Assembly (NCBI GenBank): GCA_964057225.1
Contig: OZ059896.1
Span: 16,678,001-16,742,000 of the forward strand
DNA: 64,000 nt
Reading direction: 5' to 3'
Source of the DNA: Auanema rhodensis
Lineage: Eukaryota; Animalia; Nematoda
The position numbers and the translations under genes were made by a program. Position 1 is the first letter of the stretch. Each line of letters starts with the position of its first letter. Positions 12,997 through 25,379 of this stretch are shown one piece after another. The notes beneath the pieces were generated by a model. It did no database searches. It was not told where the DNA came from and saw nothing but the letters and a program-made list of their open reading frames with translations.

Positions 12997-13967
12997 ATGG
13001 GAATCTCTGACAATGATGTCCAAAAGCAGCTCCGCCACATGATGGCTTTCATCGAGCAAGGTATATTATATATATATATAAAATTGAGATACATAATACA
13101 AATCTACAGAAGCCAACGAGAAGGCTGAAGAGATTGAGGCCAAGTCTGAGGAAGAATTCAACATCGAAAAGGTTTTTTTTAATTTTTAGTTTATATAGTT
13201 TTTAAACAAATAAATCATAGGGACGCCTCGTTCAAAACCAACGCCAAAAGATTATGGAGATGTACGAGAAAAAGGAAAAGCAAGTAGAGTTGACCAGAAA
13301 GATTCAGGCCTCTAACTCTTTCAACGCTGGACGTCTGAAGTGCTTGAAGGTATATATTCTTCACTAAAACTTTTAATCACGTTTCATTTTTCTAGGCTCG
13401 CGAAGAGCACCTCGAGAACGTTCTCGCTGAAGCCAAGAACAACTTATCTAAAATTTCTGGCGATGCTCAGCGTTACCCAACCATCCTCAAGGGGCTTATC
13501 CTTCAGGTATAAATGTTTTTCATATTTAAGTGGTTTTTAATCTCACTTTATATAGGCTCTCCTCCAATTGCTCGAAAAGGAAGTTGTTCTCACATGCAGA
13601 GAAAAGGACCTCAGCCTTGTAGAGGGTCTTCTTCCAGATTGCCTTGATGCTCTCCAGAAAGAGTGGGGAAGCAAGAGCAAGGTTAGTGTAACAGTACAAG
13701 ATATCTATATATCTTAAATATTTATAGATCACCATAGACACTAAACATTTCCTTCCATCACACTCAGCTGGAGGAATTGAACTCTCTGCTAAGGGAGGAA
13801 AAATTATGGTTTCTTCTACTCTCGAAAGTAGATTAGATCTTATTGCTCGCCAGGTGAATATATAAATTACTTCTGAAGCTATCTAATTCTCTAATGCTTT
13901 TCAGATTATCCCACAAGTTCGTACAGCTCTCTTCGGCCCTAACCAAAACAGAAAATTCTTCGATTAA
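12997..13967 (+). CDS. vha-8: V-type H+-ATPase V1 subunit E
   Basis: [47 protein letters not shown]...[33 protein letters not shown] across seven short exons, matching nematode VHA-8. Confidence 0.97.
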
Positions 13968-14347
13968 GTTCTCGTAAAAATTGTATATTCGTCTCACTTT
14001 AATTTTTGGTAACGATTAAATATCCCGTTCCCTTTCGGGAGAGGCGATCGAAACATTCCAAGTGTGATTGTGATAGCAGGATTAACCTTTTTTCATTGTA
14101 ACATATAGAGCAATTTCTTACATTTTTTTACATTATTATCACTTACTAGCTGTAGTACTGTAGGTATGCTTGAGTTAAATTAAACTTCTGTTTACTGAAA
14201 AGACTATATAAGCAATAAAAGTAGCAATTATACAGAGATTAAACATTATTAAATCAATCTTCTTCTTTTTGCATAGAAACTGTTTGATGTATTGATTCAC
14301 GGTTGGTAAATTTTGTTTCGGAATTTGATATCATTTTTAAAGTGTTC

Positions 14348-14829
14348 TTAGATCCGTATGATTTGATCATTGATCTTAGGATAAAATGCTTTGATAACCC
14401 AAATATAAAAGATGATATTCATGATTTGAGTTATGAGAGGTATTATCTATTTTATAATACAGCATGTTATATATTCATAGGATCATATATTCAATATCTT
14501 TTGTATTGGAAACATACTTGAAGTAAGTCTAGAAAAATCTTTTTATTGAAATCATCATTTCCATAAATATTCAAAACTAAAACAACTATTGTTCATTTTT
14601 GTGAAGATTTTCCTAGTTATCTATATGAGTATATGATCAAATAAAAGAAGAATATTATATTACGTTATACTATATGTTCTAATCTTAAATTTTAAATAAA
14701 AATTGGTATGCAACTCATATATACATGCTAAACGTAGTTTTCTAATCTTACCACAAATTCCTCAAAAATTGTTCACAGGTTTTAAATAAAAAGGAAGACA
14801 TGTGTACCTGGATGAAATACTTGCTTTAT
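14348..14829 (-). pseudogene. Possible decayed GPCR 3' remnant
   Basis: Splice-flanked pieces read SRYTCLPFY and VLVLNIYGNDDFNKKIFLDLLQ|IIPLITQIMNIIFYIWVIKAFY (TM7-like), with stops and frameshifts. It sits next to the transposon nest. Confidence 0.3.
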
Positions 14830-15427
14830 CTGTCAAAGTTGATCATATTTTATTTATTTTACATAAGAAGTATAAAGCTAATTTGTTCAATTACAATTGT
14901 AATTTATTGTGTTGTTCATAGAGAAAGGTTACCATACTCAAAATATATTTTATTATGATTTTAGAAATTTGGAGAAATCCTATTCGAACTGATCGATCAA
15001 TTCTACACTAGTTATACGAGGGTTGATATGTACTCGGATATGATCCTTTGTTCTTTTGTTAAGAAGAATGTTTCGAAGATGAGGAAAATTATTAAGAAGA
15101 GGATACAGAGGAACAACGAGCTCTCTCTCAACAAACTAAATTTGAGCATCAATATTTCAAGAAGGAGAGTTCAGAGGATATTCAAAAATGAAATTGAGCT
15201 TCGCAGTTATTGTATAACTCGCTCACAGCATTTGACTGAAAGTGGCATGAAGAATAGGCTGGAAAAGGCGAAGAAACTGCTTCAGGAGATCAGCAATGTG
15301 TTGATCGTCAATAAAATTTAGTGGTAATTTATTTATTTTTGAACAACTGATGATTGAAATTATTTGCGAACACTAGTATAGGATTGAGGGATTATAATAC
15401 CACTTTTGACATTTTGCTCTTTTGAAC

Positions 15428-16865
15428 ATAATAATCTTCCCTACGTATAAAATAATCAATGCAATCATAATTGAATTGCAACATTCTCAACTCAGAATCA
15501 TCGTACACACTTCATGTAATTTGAATTGGTATGTTTTGCTTAACCTTTTTCGTTTTCTTAACCACTTCATATGTTCCATCATATTCTTCAGCATCATAGT
15601 AAAAATAATCATTTTTAGCTCTATTGAACTGTATTTCATTACTCATTTTCACCTTTCTATGTTTATTCTTATTCATACCAGTTACTCCAAAGGCAGAATT
15701 TCCGACTAATTTAGCTCCTTCAGAAATAATAGCGTACTTTTGGTCAACATCTCCTTCACGTCTTTCATCAGATACCCAATTCATAAAATCTTTAAAAATT
15801 CTTCCTCGTTTAGCTTATATGACGCCATCTAATTTCGTAACAATGCAACCATGTTCCAATATCCACCTCAATCTTGTAGATTTAATAAAAAATTTTTTCA
15901 GCTTTCAAAGTTGTAACAAGCTTTTTCCTTTTAGAAGGTTTTCTATCCAACGATTTTATCTTCTTTATCCAACAACTTTATTAGTATATTCACCACAAAC
16001 ACCTTTCATCATACTCTTTATATACTAATATAGGACATAATTCACCAAAATAATCCCATTTATTTTCTGGCACTTCTCTATCTACTTCTAAAAATCCGCA
16101 AAATGGGGATGTATTACTCATAAACCTTTTTTGATAAATTGAAAAATCATTATTTTCTTCAAAATACAGATTTACACAAGGCATTTCTTCACCAAGACAC
16201 CATAAATATAATGCATTAGCATCAAATCCAACTATTTTTTTTGATAATTTTACCTTCTTTATCGTAATACCATTCTTTTTTCCCTAGGTCGTAGTGTACT
16301 TTAGTAATTTGTGTTTTATCTTTTTCATGATATTTATGAAATACTATTGAAGCTCCACCAGTTATATTACTCTTAAATTTATAAAATGCTTCTTTGTTTT
16401 CTTCTCCAAATAACCAGATCATAGGATGATCTTTTCCCCATCTTTATAGAGCTTTATGTCTGTAAAACTCTTTGATTAATTTCTTGTATCTTGCTCTATT
16501 GCAAGTGATACAACATGCAACACAATTATCTTTTGTATAACTCTTGGAACAATCAAGTCAATCTAGTGACAAAGTATCTTCCTTCAAACAAAACAAACAA
16601 TAGACACATTTATTATTTTCTATTTTCGAGATGTCAACGATGACTTCAACTTGTAAAATATAATCTGTCGATCTATTTGATTCCTTATCTTGCTTATAAT
16701 AGTTATAAATTCTTTTTTCAAGAATATATTTGTGAGTATTTAAACTGTAAGAAGCTTTAGCAGATCTTTTCTTTAGGTATTCTTCAAAACCTTGAATTTG
16801 GAATTGATATAAAATCACTCAATCCTGGTAGAGAAACTGCATCTTTATACATATCTAACTTGAAA
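15428..16865 (-). pseudogene. Protein-primed family-B DNA polymerase fragment (Maverick/Polinton type) with an internal HNH-like segment
   Basis: Collinear motifs across frameshifts and stops: LDMYKDAVSLPGLS, CVYC...LSLD*LDCSKSYTKDNCVACCITCN, NITGGASIVFHKYHE, VGFDANALYLWCLGEEMP (motif A), KLVGNSAFG (motif B), PIQIT*SVYDDSELRMLQFNYDCID. It is cut off at the TIR just before the expected DTDS motif C. No introns. Confidence 0.9.
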
Positions 16866-16908
16866 TAAACACAGTTTATTTTTATAATTCTCAATTTTAT
16901 GATTTTAG

Positions 16909-17353
16909 ATTGGTTATGCCAACGACATCGTACACTTGTCTTCCGGCGCGTTCTATTCACCAGCGATTTCAGTTTCTGCTGGAATTCATGGCCCTAACAT
17001 TCGATATATGGTGCCGCTTGTTTGCCAGCGTGCAGGTAGGAGTTTATGTGTGATAAATCAGCTGCATTAATTTTTTTTTGCAGGAAGGCCCGATTCAAAA
17101 GCCATCAACATTTGGTTTCTTGTCGATAGTGGTTCACCGTTCACTTGTTTATCGGTGAAGTCATTGGAAGCGTTACTAGGCTCGGAAAATGCCACGCTTA
17201 CCTTGTACAATCTTGCAATTCAGGTTTGTTTTCTCTTTTATGTGTTGTTTAAAATTATATGTTCAGGACGAGAAGAGCAGAATCGAGTGTCAAGTTTCTA
17301 AAGCACATTACCAAGAAGTCAACATTCTTGGGGCTGATTCCATGTTTGTCTAA
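16909..17353 (+). pseudogene. Three-exon retropepsin-like (clan AA) aspartic protease gene fragment, 5'-truncated
   Basis: Exons 16909-17035, 17084-17223 and 17267-17353 with GT-AG introns splice in frame to ...RYMVPLVCQRAGRPDSKAINIWFLVDSGSPFTCLSVKSLEALLG...YQEVNILGADSMFV*. The D-S-G catalytic motif and ILGxD motif are present. It begins at a splice acceptor and the upstream exon is absent. Confidence 0.8.
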
Positions 17354-18224
17354 CTTTGTCATTTATTCAGCATTATTTTTATAATATCATTTTTTAAAGA
17401 AATCAACATCCACTGATTTTTTAAAAAGTGTGAAAATGACATGAAAATAGAGCATTTAAATATAAAAATTGGAAATAAAAAATAAAATCAACATCTCAAC
17501 AAAAAATTGATTGAAAATGTATAAAAACTATTGGAAATAAGCACTTTTTAGTGCTTTTATTCACTCATTTCATACTTTTTTTTAAAAAGTGTTGTAAATG
17601 AGTTGATTCTCTGACATCAGAGAATGAAAAACGTTCGAAAGAGCAAAATGTCGAAAGTGGTATGATAATCCCTCAATCCTATAATAGTGCGAACATACTT
17701 ATGCGTCACCCTGTAGAAAAAAGAGTGTTCGACGTTTATCGCACAAGAATATATACATATGTCATGCTATCTTCTATTACTACATACAATCCTGTCTTAT
17801 ATTTGAATTTTACATCAACTATTCCACGTAAAGCGTGAAATTTTTACTGTTTGTTTCATTTTAAATAAATAGGAACGTATGAATCGGTTGCATTATAAAG
17901 TTAATAACACTTAATATTACGTAAACGAATGTTCAATTGAATTATCAAACGCTTGAATCATGCTTTCATCTTTATTGCATTTTGAACTAAAATTAGCAGA
18001 AAATAAAAATAAATTGATATAAGTAGAATGAAGTTCCTTAAATGCCGGTTGCATTCATCATATTCTAATAGATGTCTTTAACCATCTTATTATCTAGTAA
18101 AAAGTGATGAAGTGATCATATTGATATAGAAATTAAAACTCAAATTTTCTCAACTATGAATTATATTTGAAAGTTAATGAGATGTTACTAAAGTTTCGAA
18201 ATATTATGAGACGACAGCAGTTTG

Positions 18225-18621
18225 TTACTCAGATGACGAGGTAGCATCTTCGGATTTGTTTTTGGTTTCTTCACGTTTCTTCTGTTCTTCTTCTTGTTGA
18301 AGTTTCATCATTTGCATTGGTGGCTGAAAAAAAATTATTTTTATGCACAAAATTTAGTATATCCTACACAGAAGTTTAGTTCTTTTGTTGCTTTGAGCAG
18401 CTCTGGAAATAATTCTGGAGATTTCTGTAACATGACCATCAATTCCATTCTGGAAACAGTAGATAAAATATGTTTTTTCAAACATTTTGCTCGAATTTTT
18501 GAAAATATGTCTCTAAACCATATAAGTAAACAAATTACCTGTCTTGATTTGATTTAGCATTCTTTATACGTGTAGTTAAGTCCTTAAGTTGTTCAGCAGC
18601 TTTCTCACCATCAACAACCAT
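18225..18621 (-). CDS. 87-aa three-exon protein resembling a stand-alone CBP/p300 NCBD domain
   Basis: Exons 18621-18539, 18449-18368 and 18323-18225 (GT-AG, phases 2 and 0) give MVVDGEKAAEQLKDLTTRIKNAKSNQDRMELMVMLQKSPELFPELLKATKELNFCPPMQMMKLQQEEEQKKREETKNKSEDATSSSE*. The gene model is good. The domain call is inference. Confidence 0.7.
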
Positions 18622-19711
18622 ATTAACTATTAGCAAATTTTATAAAGAGGCTTATGTTACAAAAGTATCCAAGAACAAATATATTCTAAGAAACGAGAGA
18701 AGAAGAATTTGAATATAAACTAAAACATTTTCAATAACTGCAAGCTTTATATACCCTTGGCGATTTAATATATATTCCTTATTTAGCCATATGGTTAGTA
18801 AATGAGGTAAGCATTGCGTGTTCATTATTCATTAAACAGCATCGTGACCCTATTCAGGTGTAATATATAACTAAAAGCTTCATCTTCAACGAATTAACCA
18901 TTTAATTATTCAAATTTTTGTGCCTAATAATCATAATAATCATTTCATACTATACGAATGCTCTCTGCTTTCAAATATAATAATTTCGAACTCAATACCT
19001 TTTAAGATATAAATATATGCATAGTAATACATAACTTGAATAAAAACGTTTTATTTCTTGTAGTAAATCTTTAAAACTAATGTTCTTATTAGAACAACGA
19101 TGATAAGATGATAAGAACAAACATTTAGATCAGGATATCTGTTCATTATAAATACATTTGCAAGTACTAACATCAGTGATGTATGAGCCAAAAACACAAA
19201 AGAAAAAAAAACTTTATTCACCTGATATGATCCTGATGGTTGTATTTCTTAGTCTAAGTTTACTTAGTTCATCAGTATTGTTTAAACCTGACATTTGTCT
19301 TGCTTATTGTAAGAAGCTTAAATGCTAAAAATAAAAATTGTAGCTAGTAACTATAATAATATAGTAGAATATCAACTAGATAATTTCTGATTTCATGATT
19401 CATATAGTTTTTGAAGATAATCTGTAATGTTTTATTACGTCTTCATATTTTATTCTTCTTCTTTTTATTATAAAATATATTTGCTTTAAATAATCTTGAA
19501 ACTTTTATTATATTATTTTCATTTAAAGTTTATAAAATAATTACTAACTATATAAGATATACATTGTTAATTAACTTATTTGATTGAATTTTCATATGTT
19601 ATTATACTTGATATATTTTGTTTTTATTATTTAATTATTATTAATACAATAGTAATTGATTCTACAAAACATATATGTTTCTTATATTTGTTTTTATTTA
19701 GGATTAATCAG

Positions 19712-21044
19712 ATGTCAGAGACAAGTAATGTAATTCGTTCCTTTGCTGGTTCTGTACAAGGCTTGGTATAATTTTTTTTCTTTTTGATTCAGATCACATA
19801 ATAAACGAACTTTTTATATAATATTATAAAGTTATATTATTTCAGACAGCTATAATAGGCATAGTTGCAAATGCATTATGTGTATATTCCAGTATTTATA
19901 CTACTAAAACAACATTTCGGATGTTATGTTTAGTGAAACATTCTATTAATATGTATATATGTTGCCAATATTTATTATTTCAAGTTCCTATGACATTTGG
20001 GTATAGCTTTTATTTCTTTTTATACTTTTTCAAATATTAATTTTTAAGAAATTTTACTTATGATAATATTTCTATGAATAATATTTTAACAGTTTTACAA
20101 AATAATCTTTATATATCTCTGGAATACATTGGTATATTGATAGCAGTAAATCGTTTTATTTCTCTATATTTCCCTTTAAAATTCAATTCATTTGACGGCC
20201 GATATGTTACTCTGGTTTGTAAACCTGTTTATTATATGTTACAACTTGATCTCTTATTACGTTTCTCTTAGAAAAATTAAAAAAATGAAATGTATTGTAT
20301 GTAGTTAAGAATATTTTAGATATGTCTATTTGGCATCTTCATGGAAAGAGGTTGGGCCTCTGTTACTCATGTTTTATGTTTGTTTATAAATAAGTTTAAA
20401 AATATTTAATTAATGTTATATATAGATGCTTGTCCTTTGATTTATGATGGAACACTTATGACATGGAATAGGGTTTTAAGTTCAAAATGTAATGAGAAGG
20501 AATTCGAGTTCAGTGGTGTTCTGAGCCTTACCGTGATGACATTGGGTGCAGGAATAGGAATTAATATTTTAACAATTATTAAAGTTATTCATTTTTATGT
20601 ATGTTATAATACAAATATAATAATTATAATAAATATATTTGTTTAGTTAACTAATAGTATGAGTAGTCGGACCCAATCCTACGCTGCTATTAATAAGAAT
20701 TGTAAATTATTCATACAGGTTTGCTTACTTTCAATACGTTTTTTAAAAGAAAAATTTAAATGTTTCAGACTTTTATACAAGATTCTTTATTTGTTTTTGA
20801 TTTGCTTTGTATCAATAATGCGGTTTATTTAATAGATCATCCTTTATGGATATTTCTGTGTATTACTTTAGCTGGTCAATTAGTTCACGTACTTGATGGG
20901 TAAGAACAATAGTAAAATATGTTCTTAATAATTATATAAATTCATTTAACTAAAAAATTATATTTCAGAATAATTATGCTTGCTTATCAACCATTCAAAA
21001 TTGAATATAAAGCTCGGAGCTCAAAGATGATTTTTACAGTTTAA
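19712..21044 (+). CDS. Serpentine chemoreceptor, srx-type (copy 1)
   Basis: Multi-exon 7TM with FQVPMTF, IAVNRFISLYFP, LFIQTFIQDSLFVFD and LVHVLDGIIML, which are srx-family motifs. Confidence 0.85.
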
Positions 21045-22251
21045 CAAGCTTTCGTTATGTTATTGCGTATAAGACACGTATGATAATATTAAGAACATAC
21101 ACAATATATTTTTATTATTTAAATATATGTACATAAATAAATTAAATATTAAAAAGAAAAAAATTTATATATAAACATATAACTGTTTCTATTTATCATT
21201 TGTTTCCATTTTCATCAACTTATATCTCAACTTAGATCTATAAAAACAATATTATTAAGATTATTATAACCTTATTGTTTATATTTATATATTATATATA
21301 AGGTTATAATAGATATATAAATAGATATACGTGGTAAAAGATCAATTAAATCATTTTCTTTATAATTTTTCCTTTATTAAAATAATTTTTGTATCTTCTA
21401 ATATCTTCAAGTTGTGTAAATCTACAGTAAACTTTATTGCTAGTCTAAGTAAAATCTTGTTCTCTTTATAAAATTTTTTTCAATTTTCTGAAGTATTATA
21501 TGAAAAGTGAATATTCTATTTTCAGTTGTTTCCTTGTTACAAACATACTTGTTTTGATTTTGTTAATAAATCTTATAACTATTCTTTATATGAATATGAT
21601 GTAATAAATTAGAAAATCTCTATTGAAATCTTTGCACTTTCTGCTATTTTCTACATCAAATACATTAATTGAACTTATTCAAAAGATCGTATACATATAC
21701 CTGTGATAGCAGATTCCATTTCCATAAAAGAATTTTGTGATCGTCGACCAAGTTAATTTATGCTTTAATTTGTTTTTTTTTGTAAAAAAATATAAAAATT
21801 CCATCAGAGATTAGAGGAAGGCTAAAGCAAAAGACGGATAAAAGGGAAGAGAGGAAGAGAGATGTGAGCATAGAAGACAATTCGATTTGTGGACTCGTTG
21901 TACTATCTTCGATTCAATGATGATCAGAATATACTTACATTTTCGGTTAGTATTTAATAATTTGTAGTTTTTCATATTGCTCTCTTCATATGATATTCTT
22001 AATAATATATATGTGGAAGTTATTCATTTATTTCCAAAATATAAAAAATTCTCGTTTATCTCATAAAGTTATATGTTTATATGTTTATATATACTATATA
22101 CATACATATATTAAATAGAAAAGTAATTATTTATTGTATATTATATTGTTTTTTGGTTTTACATATATGTATATTATTCTAATTTATTAACTATATTCTA
22201 TTATATATTTCATACATTTTGTATTTTAAATTTCAGAAATTACCTGGTAAT

Positions 22252-23893
22252 ATGAACAAGGAAGAAGATAATATGACAACTATAGAATCGAATATAACTT
22301 CCAATCAGAATAATAAAATTGTGATAGCTTTATCAGAAAGACTAATATGTAGCTTTTTTCATATAACTGTAAGTTTAAATATATAAAACCTATTATATAA
22401 GATGTATAATTAACATTGAATTATAAATTAACTGTTTTAGATTCCCTTAATTGGTATCATAGTCACAGGGTTGATTGTGTTTTCCATATTTCGTTCCAAA
22501 TCAAAAATATCTCCATTCAATATTATATGTGTTTCTAAATCGGTTATTAACCTTTATGTATGCTGCTCATTTCTCTTTTTCCAAGCTCCAATGACACTTG
22601 GGTATGTTCGTAATTCTCTTAGGTCAACTGGAAATATATATTATAGAAATTTTATTTATGATAATTTTCTTTTAAATGATATTATATCTGCTATTCAAAA
22701 TAATTTCTATACTTATCTTCAATATGTCAATGTGGTTTTAGCTTTGAATCGTTTTACAGCCATTTTTTTTCCAACAATGTATAGTAGAATCTTTACAACA
22801 AAAACTGTTTTTATATTATTATCTATTGGACTTTTGGAAAGAATTAAGAATACATACGATCATTTTGCTTGTAATAATTAATTTATTATACTATATATAT
22901 TAATTATTATTTATTTTAAGATGAATGTATGTTTGTATATAATGGAGCAACTATGCAGTGGCAATTACTTGAAAATATTCCTGTCGGATGCAAAGAATGG
23001 TCAACCTTACTACCATTAAATCTTAGCTTCTCATTCTTTGTTGCTAGCTTAACACTAAATATTCCTACATTCATACGAGTATTTCTATTTTATGTATGTT
23101 TATGATATCATGATAAATTATCAAAAATTATATTTTAGATAATGCAACAGGGCACCACTCAAGGAGGATCAGTTGGTAAAAATAGTAAGCTATTCCTTCA
23201 GGTAATAACAAACCTTTTTCTGATTTTTATCATGTACTCAAATAACTATATTTCAATTAATTCTCTATTCAGACTGTTTTACAAGATTTCACATTCACAA
23301 TGGATATGATATTCATGAATTATTTAAGTGACATGTCTGATAATACTTTATGGTCTTTCTTTTGCTATACTATATCTGGTACACTTGTTCATGTACTTGA
23401 TGGGTAAATAATATATATATCTTCTTTCAATAAATACGTGGCCATACAATTCCTTGTCAAAAAATTCAAAAAAAAAAAAAAAAAACAGTTGAAAGAGAAA
23501 AAAAATTGAATATATTGTCTCCCCCTCCCTCGATCTTGATCACTTTCTCTCATCTCATTTCCAAATTTTTATTCCGTTCCTGAAAAATAATTTAGATTTA
23601 GAATCAAAAATATATTTTTAATTTTTTTAAATTCTAGTCGATGGCCACATATTTGTTGACACATCTAATATTATCATTATTATAAGATGTTTAAGAACTT
23701 TTTTCATTTTTTATGTTTTCAGAATACTAACTTTGATTTTTCAACCATGGATAGTATCTCCAATTTGCAAATCCAAACGATCAGAACAAAGAGCAACAAT
23801 AATTAAAGTAATAACTTGATTTTAATTTTATGAATAGTTATAAAATGTTTTTTTAATTTTATGATTTTTTTTCAGAGCACTTCAACTCAATAG
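22252..23893 (+). CDS. Serpentine chemoreceptor, srx-type (copy 2, tandem paralog)
   Basis: FQAPMTL, LALNRFTAIFFP, LFLQTVLQDFTFTMD and LVHVLDGILTL. Most intron positions are shared with copy 1. Confidence 0.85.
23427..23659. mobile_element. Possible old MITE remnant in an srx intron
   Basis: TCAATAAATACGTGGCCAT ... ATGGCCACATATTTGTTGA, a 17/19 inverted match that enlarges an intron which is short in the paralog. No clear TSD. Confidence 0.4.
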
Positions 23894-25379
23894 ACAGAAG
23901 TAAGAAGTTATTCTATGTTTAGTCTTAAAATAGAAGAAATATTCTCTTTTCTCTTAATTATATACAAGATTACATTAAAATAAAATAGGAATTTTCTCTT
24001 TTACGGTTTTTATTAAGAATAGAAAAAGTCTTCTACATTTTCAATTTCAATTTAATTATTTTAAAAAAAGTATATCGACATCATATAAGATACACAATTG
24101 TTCAGATATTGTTATAATTATGGATTACATACATATAACATATTATGTATTATATAGTTTAAATATATATATATTTGTTTAATATATAATTTATAATAAT
24201 AAATAATATTTAATTAATGATTAATATAAATAAATAAATAATATATACTATATATACATTGTATATTCAGTTAAACAGTTAAATTACGATTATTCTAGAT
24301 TAGTTTTTTTCCTTTGTTTTTTTTGTCACAACAGATGACAGATACTATGGTATGAATATCTAATTTTTATAGTTTAAGTTATAAAAAGAAAGAGTTTTGA
24401 CTGAAAACAGGTTATAAAATTTGAAAAAAAAAACTGAAAACAAATTATTGAATTTTTTTTGTCCAAAAAAGTTGAATTCTAATCATTGAAATAATATGTT
24501 CATTGAGATTATTAAACTAAACACGAATAAATAAAAATATATAATTAGAGTTATAGAATATTTAATATATTTAAAAGAATATAAATAATAATAAATTAAA
24601 TTTTAAAATATTTAATTAAATTCTAAAAAACGAAAATGTTATTTTCAAATCTTCAATTTGTTATTATATTTTTTTCAAATATCTTGTTTAACAATACATA
24701 ATTCTGTACATAATGATGTATACACGTCATCTTATCTATTTTACATTTGTGATTAATTAAAATTATCAATAAAAATTTATATAAAAATAAATTTAAAAAA
24801 ATAATTTTTTCTTTTTAAAAGTAGTAAAATATTTTCTAAACGCTAAAACTTTTTTTTATTGAGTTTGTTAAAATAGAGCATTTTCCTTATTTTAAAGATC
24901 TTCTGCACTATTGTTTTCTTTCGATAAGAAGATCATTCTTATCATCTTTTGGACAAGAAAGATAGTTTAGTTTTGGTTTGCAAGATTCATAAGGAAGAAT
25001 ACTACTTTGAACAATAGAATATGGAATAGAGAAATGTAAGGAAATATAAAGAGAGAACAGATAGATAGAAAGGAAGAGTCGAGTGTTAAGATCTAACATC
25101 ACTTTAATCAATCAATTGACTTGATAATCAGTTGAATTCATTATATTTATAAATCATTAGCAGCTTATTTCTATCTATATCATAATTGTCATTATAATAG
25201 ATCTCAATTATTTTACAAATTGAATTTGGAATTTTTAAAATTTAAACGAAATCTTTCTAATTTCTTTTTGGAAATTTCAATTATCGTTCAATATGTAAAG
25301 ATATTCATAAATATCACATAGTTTATTGCCGTTTTTATCATTTTGTAAATAATTTTACCATTTTAGAAAAAAAAAAACT

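Larger units (their letters stand above)
15371..17689. mobile_element. Non-autonomous CMC-superfamily (Chapaev-like) TIR element carrying captured cargo
   Basis: Termini CACTA...TAGTG. 57-bp TIRs at 15371-15427 and 17633-17689 (53/57 identical). 4-bp TSD CGAA on both sides. No transposase inside. Confidence 0.88.
15028..17713 (+). mobile_element. Decayed Tc1/mariner-superfamily (maT/DD37D-like) element, interrupted by the CACTA-ended insertion
   Basis: ORF 15028-15321 encodes a transposase HTH region (KKRIQRNNELSLNKL...ISRRRVQRIFKNEIELRSY...HLTESGMKNRLEKAKKLL). Removing the insert and one TSD copy rejoins TTTGCGAA|CATACTTATGCGTCACCCTG-TA, a CAGGGTG-type terminal repeat followed by TA. The catalytic domain and left TIR were not found. 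Confidence 0.75.

Noticed and set aside
15014-15030. TACGAGGGTTG as the left mariner TIR
   Set aside because: It does not match the reverse complement of the right end (CAGGGTGACGCATAAG).
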